DNA of 64,000 nucleotides, taken from the NCBI GenBank assembly GCA_964016885.1, contig OZ024755.1:4278001-4342000 (forward strand), written 5' to 3'. This DNA is from Eledone cirrhosa. Lineage: Eukaryota. The translations under genes were made by a program, and so were the position numbers. The notes under the pieces are model-generated. The model ran no database searches and was not told the DNA's origin. It saw nothing but the letters and a program-made list of their open reading frames with translations. How positions within the stretch are numbered: the first letter of the stretch is position 1; every line of letters begins with the position of its first letter. Below, piece after piece: positions 19,250-33,004 of this stretch.

Positions 19250-19326
<77 letters not shown>

Positions 19327-19552
19327 GATACATATATATATATAGATACATATATATATATAGATACATATATATATGTATATATATACATATATATATA
19401 TATACATATATATACATATATATATATATACATATATATACATATATATATATATATACATATATATACATATATATATATATATACATATATATGTATA
19501 TATAAACAAATATGTATATCTATATACATAAATATGTATATATAAACAATAT

Positions 19553-19842
19553 GCCCCCACTCCCCCACCGCAAGGTGGTCGTGGAGGTGCCACGGCAGGC
19601 AAAAAAAGCACCCAGCCCACACTGTAAAGTGGACGTGTAGGCGCCACGAAAAAGCATCCAGCACTCACTGTAAATGAGGTTGGTGTTAGGAAGGGCATCC
19701 AGCTGTAGAAATCAAGCCAGACCAGTTCCTGTATGAGCAAGGCATGGTCAGCCGACCAGACACTGCCCACAACAGGACAACCCGTCTAACCCATGCTAGC
19801 GTGGAAGAACGGACGTAAAGCGGTGATGATGATGATGATGAT
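19553..19842 (+). mobile_element. RTE-type 3'UTR fragment or SINE tail with (gat)n (duplicate at 22285-22575)
   Basis: Highly similar to the reverse complement of 27850-28070. Confidence 0.7.
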
Positions 19843-19876
19843 ACATATATATGTATATGTACATATACATATATAT

Positions 19877-19977
<101 letters not shown>

Positions 19978-19982
19978 CATAC

Positions 19983-20119
<137 letters not shown>

Positions 20120-20262
20120 CATATATATATATACACATATATATATATATACATATATATATATACACATATATATATATACACATATATATATACATAT
20201 ATATATACATATATATATATATACACATATATATATACATATATATATACATATATATATAC

Positions 20263-20295
<33 letters not shown>

Positions 20296-20330
20296 CATAT
20301 ATATATATACATATATATATATATATTTAC

Positions 20331-20376
<46 letters not shown>

Positions 20377-20502
20377 GGCAGGTTTTCTACAGTTGGATGC
20401 CCTTCCTAACACCAACCACATTTACAGTGTGGGATATATATATATATATGTATATATATATATGTATATATATATATGTATATATATATATGTATATATA
20501 TG

Positions 20503-20580
<78 letters not shown>

Positions 20581-20600
20581 CATATATATATACATATATA

Positions 20601-20634
<34 letters not shown>

Positions 20635-20667
20635 TATGTATACATATATATATATATATACCTATAT

Positions 20668-20720
<53 letters not shown>

Positions 20721-20745
20721 TACACATATATTTATATATATATAT

Positions 20746-20868
<123 letters not shown>

Positions 20869-20909
20869 AACATATATATATATAATTATATATATATACA
20901 TATATATAC

Positions 20910-20944
<35 letters not shown>

Positions 20945-21318
20945 CATATATATACATATATATATATACATATATATATATACATATATATATATACATA
21001 TATATATATATATCCCACACTGTAAATGTGGTTGGTGTTAGGAAGGGCATCCAACTGTAGAAAACCTGCCAGACAGTCCTATGCGAGCAAGAAAATCACT
21101 CTTGCCTCAAGTGGGACTACCCCCGTCCAAACCCATGCAAGCGTGGAACACGGAGGTTAAACGTTGATGATGATGATGATGATGATGATATACATATACA
21201 TATATATATATACATATATATATATACATATACATATATATATAATATATATATACATACATATACATATATATATACATACATATACATATATATATAC
21301 ATATACATATATATATAC

Positions 21319-21424
<106 letters not shown>

Positions 21425-21458
21425 ATATACATATATATTTATTAAAGTAACAGATTAA

Positions 21459-21509
21459 AGTTTAAGCAAAGAATCGCTGCTTTCACCCTTAACGGGATCT
21501 TCTGAAACT
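21459..21509 (-). ncRNA. Hammerhead motif, duplicate of 18742-18792
   Basis: Identical sequence within the 2.7-kb duplication. Confidence 0.5.
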
Positions 21510-21625
21510 AACAAAGTCAATCTGTAAACGCAGAACTGGATATTTCAAAAAACGTATGTTCTTTGTAGAAATATTCAGATGTTGTTTATGCATGTTATAC
21601 ATACATATATATATATATATACGCG

Positions 21626-21656
<31 letters not shown>

Positions 21657-21810
21657 GCATATATATATATATATACATATATATATACATATATATATAC
21701 ATATATATATATATACATATATATATACATATATATATATATACATATATATACATATATATATATATATACATATATATATACATATATATATATATAC
21801 ATATATATAC

Positions 21811-21869
<59 letters not shown>

Positions 21870-21882
21870 CATATATATATAC

Positions 21883-21947
<65 letters not shown>

Positions 21948-21972
21948 CATATATATATACATATATATATAC

Positions 21973-22045
<73 letters not shown>

Positions 22046-22610
22046 GATACATATATATATATAGATACATATATATATATAGATACATATATATATGTAT
22101 ATATATACATATATATATATATACATATATATACATATATATATATATACATATATATACATATATATATATATATACATATATATACATATATATATAT
22201 ATACATATATATGTATATACATAAATATGTATATATAAACAAATATGTATATCTATATACATAAATATGTATATATAAACAATATGCCCCCACTCCCCCC
22301 ACCGCAAGGTGGTCGTGGAGGTGCCACGGCAGGCAAAAAAAGCACCCAGCCCACACTGTAAAGTGGACGTGTAGGCGCCACGAAAAAGCATCCAGCACTC
22401 ACTGTAAATGAGGTTGGTGTTAGGAAGGGCATCCAGCTGTAGAAATCAAGCCAGACCAGTTCCTGTATGAGCAAGGCATGGTCAGCCGACCAGACACTGC
22501 CCACAACAGGACAACCCGTCTAACCCATGCTAGCGTGGTAGAACGGACGTAAAGCGGTGATGATGATGATGATGATACATATATATGTATATGTACATAT
22601 ACATATATAT

Positions 22611-22705
<95 letters not shown>

Positions 22706-22710
22706 CATAC

Positions 22711-22847
<137 letters not shown>

Positions 22848-23098
22848 CATATATATATATACACATATATATATATACATATATATATATACACATATAT
22901 ATATATACACATATATATATACATATATATATACATATATATATATACACATATATATATACATATATATATATACACATATATATATACATATATATAT
23001 ATACACACATATATATATATATATATATACACATATATATAATATACATATATATATATACACATATATATATATAATATACATATATATACACACAC

Positions 23099-23140
<42 letters not shown>

Positions 23141-23148
23141 ATACATAC

Positions 23149-23211
<63 letters not shown>

Positions 23212-23334
23212 TATATACATATATAAATACATATATATGTACATATATAAATACATATATATGTACATATATATATATATATATATACATATATAATATA
23301 TAAGATCAAAAGATGGTTAAAGGAGTTCCATGTA

Positions 23335-23401
23335 TTTTATTATGCGCATTTCAAAAACAAACATCATCATGCAATAATATTTGTGTTTTCATCAGATAAA
23401 A
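23335..23401 (-). ncRNA. Type I hammerhead ribozyme motif (left arm)
   Basis: Reverse complement of 23495-23561. Confidence 0.6.
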
Positions 23402-23494
23402 CAGGAGAACATGATATGAAGGCTAAAAAACACTTGTGGATAGTGCAGTGTTAAATCAACATGTGTTTTTTAGCCTTCATATCATGTTCTCCTG

Positions 23495-23561
23495 TTTTAT
23501 CTGATGAAAACACAAATATTATTGCATGATGATGTTTGTTTTTGAAATGCGCATAATAAAA
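23495..23561 (+). ncRNA. Type I hammerhead ribozyme motif (Penelope-type, palindromic stem III)
   Basis: ttttat-CTGATGA-aaacacaaatattattgcatgatgatgtttgttttt-GAAA-tgcgca-TA-ataaaa. Stem I ttttat/ataaaa, AUA triplet. Confidence 0.6.
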
Positions 23562-23709
23562 TACATGGAACTCCTTTAACCATCTTTTGATCTTATATAT
23601 TATGTCTACTCCAGTCCTACAAACTGTAGAGTGCTTCTTATCCGATATCTGCATTGCTTTATTGTACTACAATAAAACTCACCTCCTACATATATATACA
23701 TATATATAC

Positions 23710-23741
<32 letters not shown>

Positions 23742-23768
23742 ATACATATATATATACATATACATATA

Positions 23769-23801
<33 letters not shown>

Positions 23802-23824
23802 GTATACATTTATACATATATATA

Positions 23825-23878
<54 letters not shown>

Positions 23879-23881
<3 letters not shown>

Positions 23882-24074
23882 CGTTTCTGAATTTGTTTAG
23901 CAACATTCTTTATCTGAAATCGTGTGTTGAAACCGATATTGTTATACTTTGGGAGGATCATGTTGCCAATAAGAAACACACGCACCAATTTATAAATTTA
24001 TTATAATAAATTGAAGTGAAAGCAACTGGTGCATGTGTTTCTTATTGGCAACATGACCCTCCCAAAGTATAACA

Positions 24075-24077
<3 letters not shown>
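23879..24077. mobile_element. (TA)n-embedded short element with internal ~54-bp inverted repeat; deletion derivatives at 8959-9006 and 10422-10469
   Basis: Arms 23936-23989 and 24024-24077 (ttgttatactttgggagg..gttgccaataagaaacaca..cacca). A related terminus occurs at 24797. Confidence 0.55.
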
Positions 24078-24128
<51 letters not shown>

Positions 24129-24134
24129 ATATAT

Positions 24135-24167
<33 letters not shown>

Positions 24168-24187
24168 AACATATATATATATAATTA

Positions 24188-24221
<34 letters not shown>

Positions 24222-24247
24222 ATTATATATATATATATATACATAAT

Positions 24248-24285
<38 letters not shown>

Positions 24286-24431
24286 CATACATATAAACAT
24301 ATATATATATAATTATATATATATATACATATATATACATATACATATATATACATATATATATATACATATATATATACATATATATATATCTACATAT
24401 ATATACATATATATATACATATATATATATA

Positions 24432-24485
<54 letters not shown>

Positions 24486-24763
24486 TATATACACATATAT
24501 ATATATACACATATATATATACACATATATATATACACATATATATATACACATATATATATACATATATATATATACACATATATATATACATATATAT
24601 ATATACACATATATATATATACATATATATATATACATATATACATATATATAAATATATATATATATATACATAGGAACGAGTAGGACCCACTCTACTA
24701 CCCTAAGTATTGAGTACTTTGGTTCGTTATGGTCCACCTGGTTCCTTACCACATTTCCTTCGT

Positions 24764-24794
<31 letters not shown>

Positions 24795-25424
24795 GTTGTT
24801 ATACTTGGGGAGGGTTATATTTGCGTAATATTGCCAGAATTAATAACAGAACACACTCACTGTTTGGTTGGTTTTCGCTTCTCGCTGTCTTTTATATCTG
24901 CGATCTAACATAATCGGTCCTCAATGTTGCCATTGACTGACCGACGGTCAAAAATAATACAGATACAATATAGACACAAACACATATATATAGTTTACAT
25001 AAATCTTTCGTTGCACATCTGCAACATCGTCAGTGGTGTTATATTTTTTCCTCCTGTTGTGTTGTATGTCTACGCCATTTTTTTTTATTCAGTCTGTCTA
25101 TATATTTATTTATTTATTTGCTTGTTTGTTTATTTTATTTTATTCTGTCTTCTTTGCGCATGCGTTTGCGTGTGTGTATAGTGTTATGTGTGCTGTGTGA
25201 CTAGTGTGTATAGTGTTGTGTCTGCTGGGTGACTAGTGTGTGTTTATGTGCTTGTTGTTATTGTGCTTGTGTATGTATTTATTTATCTTATTTTATTTTA
25301 TTTTATTTATTTACTTATTTATACTTCTCTTAGGTCAGAGTGCTCCAGCCTGCATACTGAGGTGTTGGTATACAACCAACATAAACTCAAAATCTATTTA
25401 TGTATATATATATTTATATATATA

Positions 25425-26530
25425 TACGCCTGGGGACGATTATCTTTCGACATCCAATGTAGCAAGCGATGACCCAGATCTTACCAGAGATCATTGGGTC
25501 CTGAAGCAATCCTGCAATCACCGCGCCTGGTCATATGAGCAGACTACAACCACAGAGATCATTAATTTAGAATCCTCGCTCATCATCTATAATTTCCACT
25601 TGTAGCACCTTATGATGGGTTAATCCACCATAATAATATGATCACCTTCAGCATAACTTAGTTAAACTACTCTATAGTTAATACACTTTATGCTTTAAAA
25701 ATCTCTCTTGGAAGGTGCACTTCACCATAGAATTTAGGGTCTATATTGGGACACATTTTAATGGCTAGATATAGAAACCCCAGAGTTACCTCCCCGCATG
25801 CATTAACTCCCCTTAGCCACACACACACTTCCGGTATTCAATGGCGTTTCTCGAAACGTAACAACCTCCTGTATCGAACTAAAGAACACCAGACTACGAT
25901 CTCTAACTGGATTGTCGTGGATTATGTGAAAGGCATATAATCGAAATATACACTCCCTTGACCATGAAAATGCCGAAGTACATGAATTACTTGACATCCC
26001 TGCGCTGTGCATCTCCAATACTTATAACACTTTTAATGCTTGCACTATCTTTAATGCTTATAATATTTCTCCACACACAGACTATATCAATCATATAAAG
26101 ATTTTGCCACCAGATCTACCAACCTAACACTCTTATTTACCTACCTAAGTGCCTCTACCACACATATCTCTCTGCCACACTATATAAACAAGACGCACAT
26201 GCGTGCCACACATATAACATTTGCACTATATAACCACTTATCTTCATGTTGTACTTTAACCTATATCTTTGATTTTTGATTGTACCTTTTAATATAAATG
26301 TAATCTCGAAGTGTGTACTGCCACTCTAAATTCTGTAATGAATGTTGACCCACAATGTTTGAATATGTATCAATGCTTTAATATGTATTGGTATGTCTCT
26401 CGGCTGAAAAGGAGGTCATATAACTGTCCATGCATTAATAAATTGCTCCGAAGAATCCAAACCTCGGTTTGGAGGAAACAGCTGTAAGCACAATAATGTT
26501 TTGAACAGTTCTTTGATTCTTATGTTTCAT
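25425..26530 (+). mobile_element. Penelope-like element 3' remnant (possible decayed GIY-YIG C-terminus, pLTR and hammerhead)
   Basis: Frameshifted LESSLIIYNF..VAPY.GL resembles a PLE endonuclease end (weak). Terminal hammerhead at 26444-26490; flanked by (TA)n. Confidence 0.5.
26444..26490 (+). ncRNA. Type I hammerhead ribozyme motif (same as 2216-2262)
   Basis: tgct-CCGAAGA-atccaaacctcggtttggag-GAAA-cagctg-TA-agca. Confidence 0.65.
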
Positions 26531-26539
26531 ATATATATA

Positions 26540-26642
<103 letters not shown>

Positions 26643-26919
26643 TATATATATATATATATATTTTTATATATATATATATATTTATATAGTTACGTTAGAG
26701 ATGAACAGCGTACGTGCAGGTTTGCTCAACGAGTATAAATTATATTCCGGAGAAATGTAGAAAGGATGAATATAAAATGAAAGTGCTTTTGTTAAAAAAG
26801 GAATTTATTAGGTATTGACATATGTTTCTGTAACAGACCGAATACCTATGTATCGCTGCTTGCGTAATCATATAATGTTAGCAAGTATTCGATAGCAAAT
26901 GTATAATCAGTTATATTTA

Positions 26920-26950
<31 letters not shown>

Positions 26951-27054
26951 TTTATATATATATATGTATTTATATATACGTTATATATACACATATATAT
27001 ATTAATATAATAAATATATATATACGTTATATATAAATATAATATACACAAATA

Positions 27055-27160
27055 TAATTGTTTCTACGTTTGGCACAAGGCCAGCAATTACCCGGTACAT
27101 TACTGGTACTTTAGTTTATCGACCCCGTAAGGATGAAAGGTAAAGTTAACCTCGGCGGGA
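27055..27160 (-). mobile_element. SINE family 1, 3' fragment
   Basis: ttggcacaaggccagc..gaccccgtaaggatgaaagg..cctcggcggga. Confidence 0.75.
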
Positions 27161-27384
27161 CAAATATAATATATACGCGTTATACATATATAAATATAAT
27201 ATACACATAAATATATATATACGTTATATATACATATGTAAATATAATATACGCATAAATATATTATATATACATATATGAATATAATGTACACATAAAT
27301 ATATTATATATACGTTATATGTACATTATGTATATATATATGAGCTTCCAGTAACGCACTGAAAATAACTCCATCTATAAATAT

Positions 27385-27550
27385 AATTGTTTCTATTTTT
27401 GGCACAAGGCTAGCAATTAACCCAGTGTATTACTGGTTCTTTATTTTATCGACCCTGTAAGGATGAAAGGCAAAGTTAACCTCGGCGGGATTTGAACTCA
27501 GGCCATAAAGGGTCGTAACTCTTTGCTGCAAAGCATGGCGTCCGACCCTC
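27385..27550 (-). mobile_element. SINE family 1
   Basis: B-box (ggatttgaactc on the + strand) and body homologous to 1556-1728. Confidence 0.8.
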
Positions 27551-27849
27551 TCCCGATACTGCTGGAGTTGATAATATCGTATGCCCAAGAGATGAGATGA
27601 AGAAATGGACATGGGAATTAAAATGTTTCACGGGAGATAACTCGGTAATATATTGGTGAGTTGTCCTTCTTAGTTTTTACACTTTTTATTCTTGTGTCAC
27701 AAATAAGCGGGGGGGGGGGGGGGATTTGATAAATTTTCTAGGTTGTCTCCGTTGATTTTTTTTAGAAACCCAAATTAGTCGTTTAGTTTACTTATTGAGG
27801 CCCCCCAACTCATCTTATTTATTGTGTGTCTGTGTGTGACCGTATGTGA

Positions 27850-28263
27850 ATCATCATCATCACCGTTTTACGTCCGTTCTTCCACGCTATCATGGGTTAG
27901 ACGGGTTGTCCTGTTGTGGACAGTGTCCAGTCGGCTGACCTTGTCTTGCTCATACGGGAACTGATTCTGGCTTGATTTCTACAACTGGATGCCCTTCCTA
28001 ACACCAACCTCATTTACAGTTAGTGCTGGGTGCTTCTATTCTGTGGCGCCTACACGTCCACTTTGCAGTGTTAGAGGCATATTGTCTATATACTTCAGCT
28101 TGTACCCGTGGGAAGTCGGGTCTTCTGTATTACTGAGTGACGCCACAGGTCACGGTTGTGTGTCATCGCCCTTGAGCGGTGCAAGGTCGGCTTTTATCAC
28201 CTCATGCCAGGTCTTCTTTGGTCTCCCCACCTCACGGCTTCTATCGACTTCTAGTGCTCTGCA
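27850..28263 (-). mobile_element. RTE-clade LINE 3' end (ORF C-terminus, 3'UTR and (gat)n tail)
   Basis: Minus translation CRALEVDRSREVGRPKKTWHEVIKADL..HNRDLWR matches the RTE GRPxxxW..DR..WR C-terminus. Confidence 0.75.
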
Positions 28264-28332
28264 TGTGTGTGTAATTTACAAATAAATAACAAATAAACAA
28301 ATAGAAATAATTAATATAAAAAAGTAAACTAT

Positions 28333-28929
28333 TTATTTTTTAATTTCTTCATCAACAGGTTTTGGTAACTCCCAGTCAAGAGGTTTGTCAAAACCCATCA
28401 TGTGAATATAAGATTGTTTGTCAAGAAAGAATTTTGGGTCCATAAAAAGTGGTGTTCCTTTAATTATGACACTTGTGAAGGGACCAGTAATTGCTGGTAT
28501 ATTTACTTCTTCTGCTTTAAAAGTCAGTTCTTTACGTCTGCTAATTATGTTAAAAGTTGCAGCAGTAAAGATGTTGGTATTACTCTCCAGGTAAACATCA
28601 GTTACATATTTCTTACTTACCATATGTATTAACAATGGCGTCACGCCAATAAAGAAGGCAAAAAATATACCAACACCAATCTGTAATGGCAACGATGTAA
28701 CGGAAGATTGAGATAAAATAACTGGTTGAAGAGCCAAACTGAACATACTGGTGGAAATAGAAAACACTTTAACTCCCTTTATTGTCTTTGTCAAAGGTCC
28801 ACTATAAATGAGTTTTCCTTTTGTAGGATCATATACTGGTAGTCCTGTGAATTCATCTTTGGTTACAGTCAGTTTCTCTGCTTGGTAGCTTTTAGAATTT
28901 GAATGAAATTTGGAAACCTGGAAATTTGG
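28333..28929 (-). CDS. TMEM70: Transmembrane protein 70 homolog, mitochondrial (ATP synthase assembly factor), last coding exon
   Basis: GKLIYSGPLTKTIKGVKVFSISTS..TPLLIHMVSKKYV..YIHMMGFDK aligns with TMEM70 as recalled (GRLIYTG..GVKCFSYSTS..TPVLLH..YIHLMGYDK). Two TM segments. Acceptor ttattttcag ends at 28930, phase 0, and the frame is open to the stop at 28333. Confidence 0.9.
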   Translation of the reverse strand, partial: PNFQVSKFHSNSKSYQAEKLTVTKDEFTGLPVYDPTKGKLIYSGPLTKTIKGVKVFSISTSMFSLALQPVILSQSSVTSLPLQIGVGIFFAFFIGVTPLLIHMVSKKYVTDVYLESNTNIFTAATFNIISRRKELTFKAEEVNIPAITGPFTSVIIKGTPLFMDPKFFLDKQSYIHMMGFDKPLDWELPKPVDEEIKK

Positions 28930-28982
28930 CTGAAAATAATAAATAAAATATGCATACAGGATATTCCCAATAAGATAATTAA

Positions 28983-29203
28983 CCCTTTAGCATTTAAACC
29001 GGCCATATTCGGGCAGAATTTTCTCACCTCTTTCAATTCAAACTGGCCATAACCAGCTGCTCATACTTATGTTAAGGTATTGTTCTCAAAATAAATAATA
29101 TCAAAATCTCGTTGATTTGATATTATGTGAGATAATTATGTGAAATAAATCCTTTACTGTGAAAATACAATAGTATATATAGTGTAATGTAAATGCTAAA
29201 GGG
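28983..29203. mobile_element. piggyBac-type MITE
   Basis: TTAA-CCCTTTAGCATTTA ... TAAATGCTAAAGGG-TTGA. A second copy lies at 39101-39304. Confidence 0.75.
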
Positions 29204-29239
29204 TTGAGTCAACAATTTATATTACAGAATATTCTCAGT

Positions 29240-29630
29240 AATAATGAAATGAAATAATGAAATTATTGTGTAGTGCTCAGGTGCACTACAACTCATCAAA
29301 GGTGCATGTATAGTACATAGAATAATATACAAATGTCAGGGAAGTGAATAGTGTATGAGTCATGATATACATGTGTGCGTGTGTATGGAGGGGGAATATT
29401 AGGTGTAGTGTTGGCGAATCTCAGGCAGCATGGAGATTTTAAATGATGCAGTGTCTTGACAGCTAACAACTGATGCAGGTAGTTTGTTCCGTGGAGATTT
29501 TAAAGGATGCAGGGTCTCGACAGCTAACAACTGATGCAGGTAGTTTGTTCCATGGAGGTTTTAAAGGATGCAGTGTCTCGACAGCTAACAACTGATGCAG
29601 GTAGTTTGTTCCGTGCTTCAGCAACTCTGA
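29240..29630 (-). mobile_element. CR1-type LINE 3' end with 3 tandem 61-bp units (in TMEM70 intron)
   Basis: Reverse complement of 1117-1555. Confidence 0.75.
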
Positions 29631-29929
29631 GCATGGATAATTAAGTCGTCAAAATATGTATAAAAATAATTAAGTAAACAATTTACAGTCTAATAAAAGA
29701 TCAACTAATAAATAATTATTTACACATTCTTCTATACAAACCAGTAGATGGTATCAGTTATGGAAACATTGTTTCCTTGGTCCGATTTGATGAGTTCCAC
29801 CCCACTTGGTAAGTGAATGAGGTCTGGGATCTTTACGACTGATTTGATCAATATATACCAGAGGTGGGGAACCTTTTCATGCTAAAGGATTAAATGACCC
29901 TTAAGATCTACTAAGTTTTTAATTCTGGC

Positions 29930-30643
29930 TGTCCGTCAGTGTAGATTCCACCTTCATATATCCTCTGAAATCACTGCCCATATCTCACTATCATGCAGCA
30001 TCATACATTGCACACAGGAGGCATTCAGTCGTCTGTACATTTTGTACATAAGCAGAAACCTTTTGTTGTCAACAATGGGAGTAGCTCTCTAAACTTCTTC
30101 CATCGTATCTTTATTCTAGCTACTATGCTCTCAGAGCATCCTCCTCTACTGTTAATTATATCACCAAGGTAGCAGAAGCTATCAAACACTTCTATGGATA
30201 CTTCCTGGGATTGGAAAAGGTTTATATCACTGGGCCTATCAATTTCCCCTGAGCATCTACTACAAACAATCTATTCCTTTTCTGTTAGAGGACTATAATA
30301 AACAGAAGTTGGCTGAGGACTGAGCCATGATGGACTCCTACCTGTACCTTGAATTCCATACTAAACTCCATTTCTACTCTCACTTTACTGATAGCTTCTC
30401 TGTACATATCTTGTACTGCTCTCACAAGCCATTCTTCTACATCCTTAAGGACCATCTGATGATAGATTGTGGTACTCTGTCAAAGGTCTTCTCTAGATCA
30501 ACAAAAGCTAAATATAGCAGCTTATTCTTGGCTAGGAACTTCTCTGGTAGTTGTCTCACTAAGAAGGCATCTGTAGTACTTCTCCCTGGTATAAAATCGA
30601 TCTGCATCTCATCTAAGCTGACTCTTTCCCTAATTAGTTGTGC
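29930..30643 (-). pseudogene. Degraded RTE-clade reverse transcriptase fragment
   Basis: Minus strand: AQLIRERVSLDEMQIDFIPGRSTTDAFLVRQLPEKFLAKNKLLYLAFVDLEKTFDRVP..QVGVHHGSVLSQLLF..FCYLGD. Frameshifts present and the YADD region is apparently deleted. Confidence 0.85.
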
Positions 30644-31045
30644 TGACCATGAAGCTGCTCACACTGAGTTACATGGTACATGTAGCAGGCAGAAACCTGA
30701 CCTGACTTCACCTGACCATGAAACAGGTCGCACTGAGTTACATGGTACATGTAGCAGGCAGAAACCTGACCTGACTTCACCTGACCATGAAACAGGTCGC
30801 ACTGAGTTACATGGTACATGTAGCAGACAGAAGCCTGATCTGAGTTCACCTGTCCATGAAACAGGTCACACTGAGTTACATGGTACATGTAGCAGGCAGA
30901 AGCCTGACCTGACCTGACCTGTCCACGAAACAGGCCACACTGAGTTACATGGTACATGTAGCAGGCAGAAACCTGACCTGACCTGTCCATGAAACAGGTC
31001 ACACTGAGTTACATGGTACATGTAGCAGGCAGAAACCTAACCTGA
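30644..31045. repeat. 69-bp minisatellite, ~6 copies
   Basis: cactgagttacatggtacatgtagcaggcag.. at 30662, 30731, 30800, 30869, 30938 and 31002. Confidence 0.95.
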
Positions 31046-31444
31046 TTAGGAATACAAGCAGATTAATTTAAAGGGAGGTAAATATTTGTTTTAAGAAGTC
31101 AAATCATTAAATGTCTATTCTTTTATATAATCTATCAAATCTACGTTTTGTACATTATTACTAACATTTTATGTAAGGGACTCAGGTGGGATTTAAATAT
31201 GATACATCAAAACAATCATAGTAACTATTCCAATGTAAATATGGGTATGTATTACTTTATTTGTCCTTCAAAGAGTAATTTAAAATGAGTTGTTTTTAAC
31301 TAAGACAGACGAGATGAATCGAATATAAAACATATATAATTAATTATATATTTATTATAATTATTTTTTAAAATATTTCTTGGAAACAAAACTTTTTTCG
31401 TTCTATATATATATTTGAAAATGAACGTGTCCAAAAATAATTAA

Positions 31445-31615
31445 TAATTGTTTCTACTTTTGGCACAAGGCCAGCAAATACCCAGTACATTACTGGTACT
31501 TTATTTTATCGACCCCGTAAGGATGAAAGGCAAAGTCAACCTCGGCGAGATTTGAACTCAGATCGTAAAGGGACGTAACTATGCTGGAAAGCATGGCGTC
31601 CGACCCTCTACTGCC
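31445..31615 (-). mobile_element. SINE family 1
   Basis: Same body and B-box as 1556-1728. Confidence 0.8.
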
Positions 31616-31889
31616 ATGATAATAATAAAGTCTTTAGCGGTCAATGAGAATCAATTTAGTTAAATGTAGTAAATTAAGAATTATTGATAAGAAGAAATAT
31701 TTAATTTATCTCGGTTGATCTTTGAGTACAGATGATAAGGACACATTAATAAAGAATGCCTTAATTTCAGTTTACAATGATATACTAGCAATGTGTAAGT
31801 CGGTGTATAAGATCAAACAGTTAAGCGAACCGGTTTTAATTACAAGTAGATTGTACAATATAATTGAGAAATAAATTAATAATACTTAC

Positions 31890-31970
31890 AAAAGTATTGC
31901 AGTCGGTTATTGTTTGTATTCGTTTCAAATAGTTTTTCACCGAATTGAATCGGAACCTTACCATAAACAT
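31890..31970 (-). CDS. TMEM70: TMEM70 probable first coding exon (transit-peptide-like MFMVRFRFNSVKNYLKRIQTITDCNTF)
   Basis: GTAAGT donor at 31889-31884. Phase 0 joins the next exon in frame. The N-terminus is Arg/Phe-rich and acid-poor. Confidence 0.6.
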
Positions 31971-33004
31971 TTTGTCCTTTACCCAAAGTCGAATAACTCA
32001 AGACTTCGTAGAGACGGTGTAAGTTTGTAAATTAATCTTGAAAACATTATACCTGGATTAAACAAACTGGCTTCAAAATGTTTACATAAGTTTAGAACGA
32101 GGAATTTACTTGTCAAACGAATATTTTTTTCCCAGCAGTCACCCGAGTGGTTCTGCATTCTTTGTACTGGTTATTGATGACATTGACTAACTTGAATTGT
32201 TTATGCTGAATATGTAGGTGGGGTGATTAGATTGGGTTCTCGCTACAGCGAACTTCTTGATTAAGGAAATTCCTCGCAGAATTTTTCATACTTCTTCGTT
32301 TATTTTCACATGAGGTCACGATAGATATATTCACCGAATATTTTCTTAGATTTACCAGTAAAGCAAGTATGAGCTGTTAAAGAAGGAGAACGTTCCATAC
32401 TTAAATGTTGGCAGGGAAATTTCAAATATATTTGTTAACATTTTTTTTTGTTGTTGTTGTATTTTCAATAAGAGTAATTTATTTAACAAAACTGTTAATA
32501 CAAAAACAAAACACAGAAAGAGAACAAAAGAAAAAAGAAAAGAAAACAGAATCGAGTAACGAAAGAAATCGGGAGGGGGAGGGACAGACATTACACTTCA
32601 GTCTGGGTGGTGCCTCAGCCGCGCCCCACGGACAAAATGGCAAATACATTACTGATGAGAATGGCCAGAGACATACACTGCAACAGCCACCCCACCTCAC
32701 GGTGCTTATGTAAATGAAACAAAAAAAAAGAGAATGAAGCAACGAAGGCAAGGGACCGGCAGACTCTATACCCCCAGACTAAGGGTGTTGAGTTTGCATC
32801 CAGTCCTTTTAAGTTCTCTCTGATATTTTCAAATCTTACTTTTAATTGTGTTTTATGAAATCGGAATACACATTTTAGCCTTAAACAAGAAAACTATTTG
32901 TGACGACGCGAAGCCGATACGAACTCGCGCTGACAGCTTTGCACTTATAGTTTATTTTATTTAATACTATAACTAATATTTAATAACTATATTTACTGTC
33001 AACA

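Larger units (their letters stand above)
23293..23603. repeat. 141-bp-arm inverted repeat (29-bp spacer) with one hammerhead motif per arm
   Basis: Arms 23293-23433 and 23463-23603 are reverse complements. Confidence 0.95.

Noticed and set aside
30327-31002. 196-aa (+) and 122-aa (-) ORFs
   Set aside because: Antisense of the RT remnant plus an in-frame 69-bp minisatellite.
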